Shown: positions 1 to 9,635, counted from the first letter of the stretch. The stretch: DNA of 64,000 nt from a bacterium (GCA_963692865.2 OY843592.1:1152001-1216000); one strand, 5' to 3'. Numbers and translations are program-made. The notes: generated by a model not told the origin, from the sequence alone.

Positions 1-45
1 TCATGAGCAGGCTTTAGATGGTTCCCCGATTACTTTCAAGCCTGT

Positions 46-1251
46 TCACCACCGCTTGGGATGATCATCGGGAATGGGGCCGCTCAAGGCGCCGCGGCCC
101 GATTTCTGCCTGATGTAGACGGTCTTGTCGTGATCGTCCGGGATTTCTCCGTTCAGCGCTTTTTTCAGCCAATCCACGGCCCAGGGGTTCAGGTCCAGGT
201 TGCCGAGCCCCTGCATTCCCCACACCCTGTGGAACTCGTTTTCCAGCACCCATAACTCCTTAGGCGCCGTGATCTCCTCGAAGAAACGAAAAGCGTCTTC
301 CAGGTGGCTCAGCGGGTCGAACTCCCCGGTGGCCAGCAGCGTCGGGCAGGATATTTTCTCCCCGCAGCCATTTAGCGTCATCTTCGAAGCCATCTCGTCG
401 AAGGCCTCTTCGTCCGCGTATCCGGCCATGTACATGAAGATTTGCTTGAAACGCGGCGAGGCTTCGCCGAAGATCACGTGTTTGTCCGAAAAGGTGGCGC
501 TGCCTCCCGCGCAGGCCTTGATCCGCTCGTCTATCGCAGCGGCGAGCGGCGCCCAGTAAGAGCCCATGCTGATGCCGAAGACGCCGATTTTATCCGCGTC
601 GATTTCCTCGCGGGTTACCAGATAATCGACGACCGCGGAAACGGCGCGCTCGTAGTTATTTTCGGTCACGCGAATTTTGCGCATGTTGGAGATGCCTTGT
701 CCGGGGCCGTCGATGGCGCAGGCGTGCAAGCCGCGCCGGATCATGTCGTTCTGCAGGATGTAGGGGTAAAATTCCTTCGTCTGGTCCATGCCCGGAATGT
801 AGATGATGCACGGGGCTTTTCTTCTATCCGGCAGGAGATGGAGGATGACTTGAATCTCCTGCCCCTCGAAGGGGACTTCGACCCGCTCCATCGGGTAGTC
901 GGCCAGGGCCATCGCGCGGTCGTAGCAGCGGATCAACCCGGCGTGAAGTTTGATTTTCTGCGGGTGGTCGTCCTGGAAGATCACGTGTTGTCCCTTGCGG
1001 TATGATTCCGACGCCTGGATGTAGAGTTCGAGCGCCGTTTCCTTCAGGCCGGCCTCTTCCGCCGCCCGGGCGATTTCTTCTTTGTGTTCCGCGTCCTCGC
1101 CCTGGAGTTTGCTGATCATCTTGTAGTTCTTGACGCCCTTTGGAAGTTCGAACTTGTCGTCTTCGAAGTTCTGGACCATTCCGGCCGTCTTGGCGATGTA
1201 ATCGAGAATCCATTGCTGGTTGTCCCGATGGCGAACGTGTTTCAAAGGCAT
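46..1251 (-). CDS. Alpha/beta hydrolase, FrsA/DUF1100 (2,6-dihydroxypseudooxynicotine hydrolase-like) family
   Basis: GISMG nucleophile elbow, PGMDQTKE and DGPGQG motifs, C-terminal Asp/His of triad (GEFDPL, EFH). Confidence 0.8.
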   Translation of the reverse strand: MPLKHVRHRDNQQWILDYIAKTAGMVQNFEDDKFELPKGVKNYKMISKLQGEDAEHKEEIARAAEEAGLKETALELYIQASESYRKGQHVIFQDDHPQKIKLHAGLIRCYDRAMALADYPMERVEVPFEGQEIQVILHLLPDRRKAPCIIYIPGMDQTKEFYPYILQNDMIRRGLHACAIDGPGQGISNMRKIRVTENNYERAVSAVVDYLVTREEIDADKIGVFGISMGSYWAPLAAAIDERIKACAGGSATFSDKHVIFGEASPRFKQIFMYMAGYADEEAFDEMASKMTLNGCGEKISCPTLLATGEFDPLSHLEDAFRFFEEITAPKELWVLENEFHRVWGMQGLGNLDLNPWAVDWLKKALNGEIPDDHDKTVYIRQKSGRGALSGPIPDDHPKRW

Positions 1252-1312
1252 ACGATTATCCTCGCTTGATCAGGTTGTATGAGCGCCCATTCTTATCGAA
1301 ATATCTCGAAGC

Positions 1313-2416
1313 CTAGCATCCGCTTTTTCCGTCTTGCGGGATGGTGAGAATTTCCGCTGAATTCAGCACCTCGTTGTCGGATGCGCCCCCTGCGATGAGA
1401 ACCCGCCCTCCTCCGAGGGAAGTGGCCGTATGGAGGCGTCTGGGAGATTTCATTTCGACTCCCACAGCCCAGAAGCATCCCTTATCGGGTTCGAACACTT
1501 CCGCGCCGGCGAGGGTTCGCCCCTCGCCGCCCCAGCCGCCGATCAGGACGACTCTGCCGTCAGGCATCAGCGTGGCGGTATGTTGCTGGCGGTTGACGCG
1601 CAGCTTGCCTTTCAGGGGAATGAATTTCTCCGTCGCCGGGTCGTAGATTTCAGCGCCGGCGAGCGTTTTTTCCTTGCCCAGGCCGCCTGCGATGAGCACC
1701 TTTCCGTCCTTGAGCCTCGTTGCGGTGTGGCGGCTTCTCTGCGTCGTCAGGCTTCGTACCAGCCGCGTTCTTCTGCCGGAAGGCGAATAAAGCTCCGCGT
1801 ACCTCGCCCCTTTTCCTTCCGCGCCGCCGAGGATGAGGACGCCGCCTCCGGGCAGCGCGGTGGCGCTGTGCTGCTGGCGCGCCATGAGCATGGGCCTGCG
1901 CGAGGGGAGGAAGCGCCTTTTGCCGGACGCGTAAATTTCCAGATGGCGGATGGCGCGCTTGCCGTCGTTGCCGCCCGCGATGAGCACGTCTCCGCCGGGC
2001 AGCTTCGTCATCGTGTGGTCATAGCGGCCATACTTCATCATGGCCCGTGCGCGAAGCCCCCCGCCGGGTTTTATAAGAAAGGAATCTCTGAGCGCTTCGC
2101 CTCCGGTTGTCCAGCCCCCGGTAATCAGCACACCGTCCTTCAGGAGGAGCGCCTTGTGCCAGCCGCGCTTCCTCAGACCCCCAATCTTGTAGGGTTTGAA
2201 TGTCCCTTGGGCCGGGTCGAATATCTCGAAATCGTCGAGCGGAGAAGTTTTCGTGAGTCCCGCGGCGATGAGTATTTCGCCTGAATCAAGCGTCGTGGCC
2301 GTATGCCCGTGCCGGGGGGCGTTCATGTTTCCCGACGTGGAGAAATCCCCCTCGCCGCCGCAGGCGGAAAGGACGATGCCGAGGCAAAGACAAAGAACCG
2401 TTCGTTTTCCCATCAT
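1313..2416 (-). CDS. Kelch-repeat (beta-propeller) lipoprotein
   Basis: Lipobox LSAC after hydrophobic signal; ~6-7 repeats of R..HTAT.L.DG.VLIAGG...AEIYDP. Confidence 0.85.
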   Translation of the reverse strand: MMGKRTVLCLCLGIVLSACGGEGDFSTSGNMNAPRHGHTATTLDSGEILIAAGLTKTSPLDDFEIFDPAQGTFKPYKIGGLRKRGWHKALLLKDGVLITGGWTTGGEALRDSFLIKPGGGLRARAMMKYGRYDHTMTKLPGGDVLIAGGNDGKRAIRHLEIYASGKRRFLPSRRPMLMARQQHSATALPGGGVLILGGAEGKGARYAELYSPSGRRTRLVRSLTTQRSRHTATRLKDGKVLIAGGLGKEKTLAGAEIYDPATEKFIPLKGKLRVNRQQHTATLMPDGRVVLIGGWGGEGRTLAGAEVFEPDKGCFWAVGVEMKSPRRLHTATSLGGGRVLIAGGASDNEVLNSAEILTIPQDGKSGC

Positions 2417-2528
2417 ACTTCCTTCGGGCTTTGAGCCGCTTTGGCGGGAGGCCTCCTGATGGCCTGGTGAACGTCCCTATGATACATTTTCACTCATACC
2501 TCCAGTCCATTCCATACCGGGAGCCATT

Positions 2529-3479
2529 ATGCGCGAGACAAGCGATATACGAAACGTCGCTGTCATCGGGGGAGGGTACGTGGGCCGGGGCGTGGCGCTG
2601 CAGTTCGCCCTGGCGGATTATCGCGTCTTGATGTTCAACAGAAGCCCCGAGAGCGCGGCTCGCGCGCGCGCTGAAATCGAGAAAAGCCTTGGAATACTCA
2701 TTGACGCCGGTGCGCTGGATGATAAAGAAGCGCGCGCCGTTTCAGAGCGCATCGCCCAAACGCAGGATTTCCACGAAGCAGCAGTCGGAGGCGATTTCGT
2801 CGTCGAGGCGGTGAGTGAAATTTTATCGCTCAAACAAGATGTTTTCGAGAAGATGGACGCGATAGCCCCGCCCGACGTGATTCTGGCGAGCGAGACTTCG
2901 GGGCTGGGCATGACGGAAATTTCCGCGCGAACGAAGCATCCCGAGCGTTGCGTCGTCACGCACAACTACACCCCCCCTCATCTCGTTCCCGTGGTGGAGG
3001 TGGCGGCGGGCCGCCGGACGAGCCCGGATGCGACGCGGATCACATGCGAGTTGCTCGAAAAGTCGGGAAAAGAACCCATCGTATGCCGGGAGGTGCCCGG
3101 ACACATCGGGGTGAGGCTCACGACGGCGCTCAGGCGCGAGGCCTTTCATATCGTGGAGAAAGGCTACGCGCGCCCCGAGGACGTCGATGCCGTGTGGCGC
3201 TCGATCGCCTCTCTGTTCCCGGCGCTGGGATTGTGCAAGCTCAACGATTTCTCGGGAATGGACGTTTTGCGCGATGTGCACCGGAACATCCAGCCCTCCC
3301 TCGATCACCGAGCGGAACCCAGTCCCTTGATGGACGAGATGATCGAGAAGAACCTGCTCGGCATCAAGAGCGGCGAGGGGTTTTACAGGTGGACGGAGGA
3401 ATCGGCCCGGGAGGCGGCGCGGGCGCGGGACGCGGAATTGATTCGAATGTATAGAAAAAACAACGCTTCGGAGGAGTAG
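2529..3479 (+). CDS. 3-hydroxyacyl-CoA dehydrogenase family protein
   Basis: GGGYVG Rossmann motif, VVEAVSE..LKQDVF, ASETSG, H..PPHLVPVVEV, LGIKSGEGFY. Confidence 0.9.
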   Translation: MRETSDIRNVAVIGGGYVGRGVALQFALADYRVLMFNRSPESAARARAEIEKSLGILIDAGALDDKEARAVSERIAQTQDFHEAAVGGDFVVEAVSEILSLKQDVFEKMDAIAPPDVILASETSGLGMTEISARTKHPERCVVTHNYTPPHLVPVVEVAAGRRTSPDATRITCELLEKSGKEPIVCREVPGHIGVRLTTALRREAFHIVEKGYARPEDVDAVWRSIASLFPALGLCKLNDFSGMDVLRDVHRNIQPSLDHRAEPSPLMDEMIEKNLLGIKSGEGFYRWTEESAREAARARDAELIRMYRKNNASEE

Positions 3480-3522
3480 GAGCGAAAATCGGGTTCGCGA
3501 ACCTTCATGCGGGGGAGCCGAC

Positions 3523-4740
3523 ATGGTGGATTACATTCTGGACGACGAACTGAAAGCCTGGCGGAGCAAGATCGCCGAATTCTCGAAGAACGAATTGAGG
3601 CCCTACGCGGCCGAGTGGGACCGCCAAAACGGGATCGACCCGACGAGTTCTTTTCCCATGGACGCGCTCAGGAAAGCCTCGGCGGCGGGTATCCGGACGC
3701 TCACGACGCCCAGGGAGATGGGCGGGGAGGGTTTCGGGATATTCGCGCACGTGGTCCTGCTGGAGGAGCTTTTCCAGGGCGAGGCGGGCTTCGCCTCCGT
3801 CATCCACCAGAACTGGAAGCTCGCCAAGATGCTCTGCCACTTCACCACCGAGGAGCAGCGCGCGGAGTTCCTGCCCCGCTACATGGACATGGACACCTCC
3901 ACCATGGCCATCGGCATGACGGAGCCCCAGGCGGGCACGGACAACATCATGCCCGCCACGAACATCGACGGCGGCGCGCGGCTCTCCGCCGCCAGGCAGG
4001 GCGATACCTGGATACTGAACGGGAAGAAGCACTTCATCGCCTGCGCGTCGATGAGCAACATCAATTTCATCGTGGCGCGAACCAACCCGAACGCTCCCGT
4101 GAACGAGGGCGCCACCATGTTCATCACCACGGACGAGATACCCGGCTTTAGGCGCGGAATCGTCCACGGAAAGCTCGGCGCGCGCCTTCTGATGAACGGC
4201 GAACTCATCTTCGAGAACGCCGAAGTGCCCGAAAAATGGCGGCTCAGCGAGGTGGACGGCGGCCTGCCCTACATGGCCCGCGTCTTCTCGCGCCACTCGC
4301 CGACCACGGCCACCTTCGGCATCGGCATCGCGCGCGCCGCCTTCGAGGACGCCCGCGCCTACGCCAGAGAGCGCGTGCAGGGCGGCAAGCCCATCATCGA
4401 GCATGCGCGGATTCGCGAGATTCTGGCCGACATGTACGTGAACATCACCGTCGCGCGAGACGCCGTCTGGCGCGCGGCCTGGCACGCGGATACGGCGGGG
4501 GATGATGAATACGACCACAAGGAGGGCATGCGCGCCGCCCTGTTCGCCTCCGAGATGGCGCCCCAGGTCTGCATCAAGGGGATGAACATCTTCGGCGGCA
4601 ACGGCTATATGGACACCCACCCGGCGGAGCGCCACCTGCGCGACGCGATGATGTGCTACCACATCGACGGGCTGAACGACACCACGCGCTTAAAGCTCGG
4701 GGGGTTGCTGGCGGGAGAGGCCTTCGCGGGCGCGCTCTAG
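3523..4740 (+). CDS. Acyl-CoA dehydrogenase family protein
   Basis: MTEPQAGTD, WILNGKKHFI, RVQGGKPI, IFGGNGYM..HP.ERHLRDA. Confidence 0.92.
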   Translation: MVDYILDDELKAWRSKIAEFSKNELRPYAAEWDRQNGIDPTSSFPMDALRKASAAGIRTLTTPREMGGEGFGIFAHVVLLEELFQGEAGFASVIHQNWKLAKMLCHFTTEEQRAEFLPRYMDMDTSTMAIGMTEPQAGTDNIMPATNIDGGARLSAARQGDTWILNGKKHFIACASMSNINFIVARTNPNAPVNEGATMFITTDEIPGFRRGIVHGKLGARLLMNGELIFENAEVPEKWRLSEVDGGLPYMARVFSRHSPTTATFGIGIARAAFEDARAYARERVQGGKPIIEHARIREILADMYVNITVARDAVWRAAWHADTAGDDEYDHKEGMRAALFASEMAPQVCIKGMNIFGGNGYMDTHPAERHLRDAMMCYHIDGLNDTTRLKLGGLLAGEAFAGAL

Positions 4741-5050
4741 GGCCTGATGGCCCCGAAAAGGGGCGAAAACCGCCGTTTTTGCCGAAAAAGGGCCGTTTTG
4801 CTCCCAAAATGCGCCGTTTCAGGGTGCGTTTATTTATCGTAAAACTACCTTAATTTATCCAAAAACCCCGTGAATTTATCGAATTTTACAGGAAATATCA
4901 TTATTTGCATTCCCATGAATTCTTGCGTTCCTCGCGCGTTCTTCGTGAGAAGCGCGCCTTCCGGGTTTTGTCGCATCCTCATTCTCCTCCGGGAAACACG
5001 AGCGGCAATCTACACGAACCCGCCCGTCCCGGCGCACCGCAAATGCGGGG

Positions 5051-5082
5051 AAATGCGCACCCCGGTTCATTGACGAATCCAT
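5051..5082 (+). repeat. 32-bp direct repeat, copy 1 (AAATGCGCACCCCGGTTCATTGACGAATCCAT)
   Basis: Identical copy at 5977-6008; the pair brackets the higBA module. Confidence 0.9.
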
Positions 5083-5251
5083 TGAAGGTTCTTGGACGCC
5101 GGGGAATCGACGCTTGAGGGCAAGGCTTGGTTTTGGCGTCCCATTAAGGGACGCCGCGCCTTCACCGACCCGAAAGGACGGGGGCGAGCGGATGAAAGAT
5201 CCTTGAAGCCCCTTTGCGCGGTTCTGCGAGCGCGTCCGATCGCGGCTCGCC

Positions 5252-5545
5252 TCACGCCGGTTGCGGCTCGTAGCGATCTACCTCGATTTCATCCTCGCGC
5301 TCCAGCGCCCGCGCGATGTCGTAGGCCGACTGAAGGCGTATCCAGGTCTCCGTCGTCGAGCCGAAGGCCTTGGCGAGTCGTATCGCCATCTCGCTCGACA
5401 TCCGCGCTCGCCCGTTCACCAGGTTCGAGAGCGCCTGGCGGCTGACGCCCAGCGCCTTGGCGCCTTCGGTCACGCTCAAGCCCAGCGGCTCCAGACACGA
5501 GACGCGCACGACCTTGCCGGGATGCGGCGGATTCTTCATGGGCAT
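5252..5545 (-). CDS. higA: HigA-family antitoxin (HTH addiction module antidote)
   Basis: PPHPG..., [34 protein letters not shown]. Confidence 0.92.
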   Translation of the reverse strand: MPMKNPPHPGKVVRVSCLEPLGLSVTEGAKALGVSRQALSNLVNGRARMSSEMAIRLAKAFGSTTETWIRLQSAYDIARALEREDEIEVDRYEPQPA

Positions 5546-5563
5546 GGTGGGCCCCTCCTTGGT

Positions 5564-5842
5564 TCAGTGATAGTCGATGAGTTCAACGTCGTAGACGTCC
5601 TCGCCTTCGAAGCGGAAAATGATGCGCCAGTTCGCGTTCACGGTGACCGACCAATAGCCTCTCCATTCGCCCTTTAGTTGGTGGAGCCGATAGTAGGGCA
5701 TTCGCAATGCCTCCGGCGACAAGGCGACATCGAGTTGGGCCAGAATCACCTCCACTCGTTCCCGCAGGTCGGGATGGATGCGGCTGGGGTCGCCGCGTTG
5801 GTATAAGCGTCTGAGGCCGCGATGCCGAAAACTCTTTATCAT
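5564..5842 (-). CDS. higB: HigB-family (RelE superfamily) toxin
   Basis: MIKSFRHRGL..., LHQLKG...YWSVTVNANWRIIFRF...VELIDYH; toxin upstream of antitoxin; true start ATG 5842 rather than track start 5986. Confidence 0.92.
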   Translation of the reverse strand: MIKSFRHRGLRRLYQRGDPSRIHPDLRERVEVILAQLDVALSPEALRMPYYRLHQLKGEWRGYWSVTVNANWRIIFRFEGEDVYDVELIDYH

Positions 5843-5976
5843 CCGTGAAATGTAATGTGTCAATCGACGCTTGTCAACCGCGTATCCGAGCCGGAGCATC
5901 CTTCGCCCGGTTTCGGGAGGAGCGGCCTGTCTTACAGGTTGGAGGAGAGCACGTAGACTTGGCGCCTGCGCGCCGC

Positions 5977-6008
5977 AAATGCGCACCCCGGTTCATTGAC
6001 GAATCCAT
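5977..6008 (+). repeat. 32-bp direct repeat, copy 2
   Basis: Identical to 5051-5082. Confidence 0.9.
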
Positions 6009-6066
6009 GAGTGTGGGATGATGGCCGGGTTTGATGCGAGTGATTGTTTCCGGCGTAATGAGGCGC

Positions 6067-6162
6067 ATGATGGTTGAGTACGACAATTATCGGATGTCTC
6101 TCAAGCGTCTCGAGGAGCAATACGAAAATTACATCGAACTCGACGAGGCGTTGCCCCGATAA
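6067..6162 (+). pseudogene. Truncated N-terminus of a probable HEPN (HI0074-like nucleotidyltransferase substrate-binding) gene
   Basis: Short ORF MMVEYDNYRMSLKRLEEQYENYIELDEALPR* with GAGG upstream; resembles N-termini of that family from memory; overlaps the helicase 3' end. Confidence 0.4.
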
Positions 6163-9100
6163 GCCGTCGCCGAGGCGGCTGCCTGAGCAAAAGGCTTGCC
6201 GTTTGATTGTTCTTTCGAGTTATCGCGGGTGTATTTGCACGTGGGATAATTCGAGCATCCTATAAAAGGGCCGTATCGACCGTTTTTTGCCTCTAGCGAG
6301 CCGTCGCATTCGGGGCAGGCCTCGATGAACTTGCCGCACTCTCGGCAGCGGAAGGCTTCGGCCGCCTTGACTGGTAATCCCTTCCCGCAAACCGGACATG
6401 GCTGCTGTGTATGCCTGCAATGAGGGTAGTTCGAACAGCCGTAGAAGATGCCGCCGTTCTGTCTGTTTTGGCGTTGCTCGATCCGTCCCTCGATACATGC
6501 CGGGCAGGGGACGTCGTAATGCGGCATCCAGCCGAAGACGGTGACGTCGTATTCCCCGTCGAACAGCTCCATGTCAAAGGGAGAAGTCGGACCGCCCTCG
6601 GCAAGAAGAAAGACGCGGCGTCTGGCGCGGGTGATGGCGACGTAGAACAGGCGCCGCTCCTCGGCATTCGGGTAATCTTCGGGCACAGAGAGAACCAGAT
6701 CGAGCAACGGGTCGTCTTCGATCTCAGTGGGGAAGCCGTACCTCCCCGAACACAGGTCGAGCAGCACGACGTAATCCGCTTCGCGTCCCTTGGCGCTGTG
6801 CACGGTTTTGTAGGATATCCCGAGTCCGGCATACTTCCTTGCCAGAGCAGATATGTTCTGCGGCTTCGTGTGTTTGTAGCGGCCCAACAACAGCACGCTC
6901 GATTTCCCCTCAAACTTCGCGGCGTCCTCTGTGATCTTGTCTAGCGCCTCATTCAACAGGGGAAGTCCTTGCTCGCCGGAAAGACCTACATGGACGCACG
7001 GCCTGTCCGCCCGGTGCACCGAACCGACCCTCTTGGATATCTGCGCAGGGTTGCGCAGAACGAATTCGGTGGCGACGGAGGCGATGCGGTCGGCGCAGCG
7101 GAAGGTCGTCTCCAGAGGGATGCGTTCACAGTCGCCGAAGTGCTCTATGAACTCCCGCATGATTCCGATGTCCGAGCCTGTGAAGCGGTATATCGCCTGC
7201 CAGTCATCCCCGACGGCGAACAGCCGGGCGCCCGGCGACTTCTCCAAAAGCGCCTTCAACAACCTTGCCCTGCCCTGCGAGATGTCCTGGAACTCATCAA
7301 CCAGGATGTAACCGAAAGGGCTGCTATAGCGGCCGGTTTCCACATGCTCCGTCGCTCTGTCAATCATGTCGTGGAAGTCGATCTCTTCTGATCGGGAGAG
7401 AGTTTCCTCGTAGCGCTCGAAGGCCGGCTGGAACAGGGTGAGGAAGGCTTCGGCCCGCAAGCGGTCCGGATGGTCGGCGGCTTGCCGGGCGACTTCCGGG
7501 AAACTCAGCCATGCGCCCTTGAAGTGCTCGAGAAAGGTCGCCAGCAGACGCATGAACGGATTGATTCGTCCCTGCCGATTCAGCATGGCGAAGACCTCGT
7601 CACGGGGAATGGGGGACAAGGTTACGCCGTAGGCGAGTAGCCTCCCGGCCAGATTTTCGGTCAATCTACCGGCGGCGCGCTCATAGCTGAAGGTCTCGAT
7701 CAAGATAGTGCCGTGTTCGGCGTGGGTCCGGCGTTTCCACGCCATCGATTCGAGATACTCTTTCTGCGGAACGAACGGAGCGGTCTTCCCCTCGATGTCG
7801 ATCCCGAAAGGCTCGATACAGATACCTTCTTGCAGTTTCTCCCTAAGTTTCGTTTTTTCGATCTCGATCCCCAAGTGCTCAATGTAGATACCGGCTTCGG
7901 TCAGATAGAAATCCGGCCTGTACGGCCCCTTCTCCGGCGTAGCCGTGTCGTGCTCATACTTGCGTTCGTACTCGTAGGGCACGCCGTTGAGGTAGAGGAA
8001 GTTGGCGATCTCACATTCCTCGTAGCTGGGAACCTTCTCGCCCTTGAGCGAGCGGATCTCATGCCGCCGAATATAGTCCCGGTACTCACTATAGCTCTCG
8101 AATTCGTGCTCGCTCCTGTAGGGCGCGAACTGAGACTGAAACCATTTCAGCAAATCTTCATAGTATTTTTGTTCCGCAGCCAAGTCAGTGACGATGGTCT
8201 TGAGCAGGTCGAGTAGCGCCTTTTCGTCTTCAGCGGCCTTGGCCAAGCCCGGGCGCCTGCCTTCGGCTTCACCGATGATCTTCATACCCAGGCCGTGGAA
8301 CGTCCTGACGGTCATGTCGGCCGCCGCTTCGTCGCTGAGACGCTTGCGGATCCGTTCTTCCATCTCTTTCTGCGCGTCTTTAGCGAACGCCAGGAGCAGC
8401 AATTCCGAGGGACGCCGGTAGCCTCTATGGAGAAGCCAGCCTGCCTTGGCCACGATCACAGAGGTCTTGCCGCTGCCGGCAGCGGCGACCACCAGATTCC
8501 GGTCATCGTCTACGACGACCGCCCGGCGCTGCTCCTCGGTAAGTGGCCGATCCTCGATCCGGTCGAAGAACTCCCGCAACCGGAACATTTCATTTTCGAC
8601 GAAAGCTTTGTTCGCTTTCTCCCGTATAGGCTCTGGGTCTTTTAGAAAATCCTGTATCCTTTTCAGCAGCCGGATTTCCGGAGCATTCGACAGCACCTTC
8701 GGCCAGCGCTCCGCGAATTGATCCGCCGCCTTCTTTGCGTTGCGCCTCAGTTTACGGAAGACGCTGCGCGCCATGTACTCTGGCGGACTCACAAGTTGTA
8801 GCAGGCGCTCATCTACCGAATGGAGAGCCGCGATCTCTTCCACCAGCGTCCTGCGCCACCAATGGATTCTGTTGGTCTCCAATACTTCGACGAACGCCCA
8901 AGCGTCGTCCTGCGTCAGCCCCGACACGGTTGCGCGCCCTGTCGAATGATGGAAGTGGATGCCGCACCAGCGTAGCCCGATTTCAACTTTGGCCGACACG
9001 ATGTCCTCAATAGGAATTTCCGTGTATCGGGACCCGTGCATTGGTTTCAGGGAGTTCGCGCTCACGAATGCAGCCTTGGCGTCTCGTGGTCGCAAGACCG

Positions 9101-9635
9101 CGAACAGGAAAGAAGCTAGTCCGGTTCGTTCGACCCTGAAACGACCTGCGGCCTCTGAGGCATTCATGGGTCCGGCTTCTCGACCGGAGCGGAGGGTTTG
9201 GTCCCGGTCACGTCCAAAAACGCTTCGACCTCGCTGCGGAAGGCCAGCCCCAGAGGTTTTTCTTGACCCAAGAGATATCACGTAAGTGACGATTCTCGTG
9301 AGAAGGGACGCCCCAATGCCGAATATGGAAGTCAGAAACGCCGTTTTCAGACCGGCGAGAAGCGGCGGAACGCTGCTTTCTATATCATTGGCGTCAAAGT
9401 CTTTCAGGCCGAGAGCGATACCGATGAACGTTCCGAGAATTCCGAGAACGGTCGTCGCCGATTGCGAAAATCTGAGGGCGTTTCTTTTCCAGAAAGCGAA
9501 TACGAGGCAGATTGCGAAACATGCGAGTATCACCACGCAAAAGACTTGCGTTAGCCGTTCGGGATCGCTTGCGGGAGAAACGACGGGTTGAAAAAGGGCG
9601 TATAGAGACGAAAAAACAGGGCGCAGATAGTCCAC
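6129..9635 (-). CDS. UvrD/helicase IV-like SF1 helicase with N-terminal MotA/ZorA-like transmembrane segment, internal nuclease-like insert and C-terminal topoisomerase-type C4 zinc ribbons
   Basis: AAAGSGKT, LVDEFQD, VGDDWQAIYRF, TVHSAKGREAD, EERRLFYVAITRAR; C-terminal CP.C...FYGCSNYP.C repeats; N-terminal LGILGTFIGI..GL..FD...LLAGLKTAFLTSIFG. Confidence 0.85.
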   Translation of the reverse strand: MDYLRPVFSSLYALFQPVVSPASDPERLTQVFCVVILACFAICLVFAFWKRNALRFSQSATTVLGILGTFIGIALGLKDFDANDIESSVPPLLAGLKTAFLTSIFGIGASLLTRIVTYVISLGSRKTSGAGLPQRGRSVFGRDRDQTLRSGREAGPMNASEAAGRFRVERTGLASFLFAVLRPRDAKAAFVSANSLKPMHGSRYTEIPIEDIVSAKVEIGLRWCGIHFHHSTGRATVSGLTQDDAWAFVEVLETNRIHWWRRTLVEEIAALHSVDERLLQLVSPPEYMARSVFRKLRRNAKKAADQFAERWPKVLSNAPEIRLLKRIQDFLKDPEPIREKANKAFVENEMFRLREFFDRIEDRPLTEEQRRAVVVDDDRNLVVAAAGSGKTSVIVAKAGWLLHRGYRRPSELLLLAFAKDAQKEMEERIRKRLSDEAAADMTVRTFHGLGMKIIGEAEGRRPGLAKAAEDEKALLDLLKTIVTDLAAEQKYYEDLLKWFQSQFAPYRSEHEFESYSEYRDYIRRHEIRSLKGEKVPSYEECEIANFLYLNGVPYEYERKYEHDTATPEKGPYRPDFYLTEAGIYIEHLGIEIEKTKLREKLQEGICIEPFGIDIEGKTAPFVPQKEYLESMAWKRRTHAEHGTILIETFSYERAAGRLTENLAGRLLAYGVTLSPIPRDEVFAMLNRQGRINPFMRLLATFLEHFKGAWLSFPEVARQAADHPDRLRAEAFLTLFQPAFERYEETLSRSEEIDFHDMIDRATEHVETGRYSSPFGYILVDEFQDISQGRARLLKALLEKSPGARLFAVGDDWQAIYRFTGSDIGIMREFIEHFGDCERIPLETTFRCADRIASVATEFVLRNPAQISKRVGSVHRADRPCVHVGLSGEQGLPLLNEALDKITEDAAKFEGKSSVLLLGRYKHTKPQNISALARKYAGLGISYKTVHSAKGREADYVVLLDLCSGRYGFPTEIEDDPLLDLVLSVPEDYPNAEERRLFYVAITRARRRVFLLAEGGPTSPFDMELFDGEYDVTVFGWMPHYDVPCPACIEGRIEQRQNRQNGGIFYGCSNYPHCRHTQQPCPVCGKGLPVKAAEAFRCRECGKFIEACPECDGSLEAKNGRYGPFIGCSNYPTCKYTRDNSKEQSNGKPFAQAAASATAYRGNASSSSM

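Noticed and set aside
4833-4890. Replication origin suggested by TTATCCAAA DnaA-box-like words
   Set aside because: Only imperfect boxes, no dnaA/parAB/rep context, and the motif recurs at 56.8 kb
6129-9635. Complete Zorya system
   Set aside because: No ZorB (OmpA/MotB-like), ZorC/D/E genes or long ZorA tail; only the membrane segment is present
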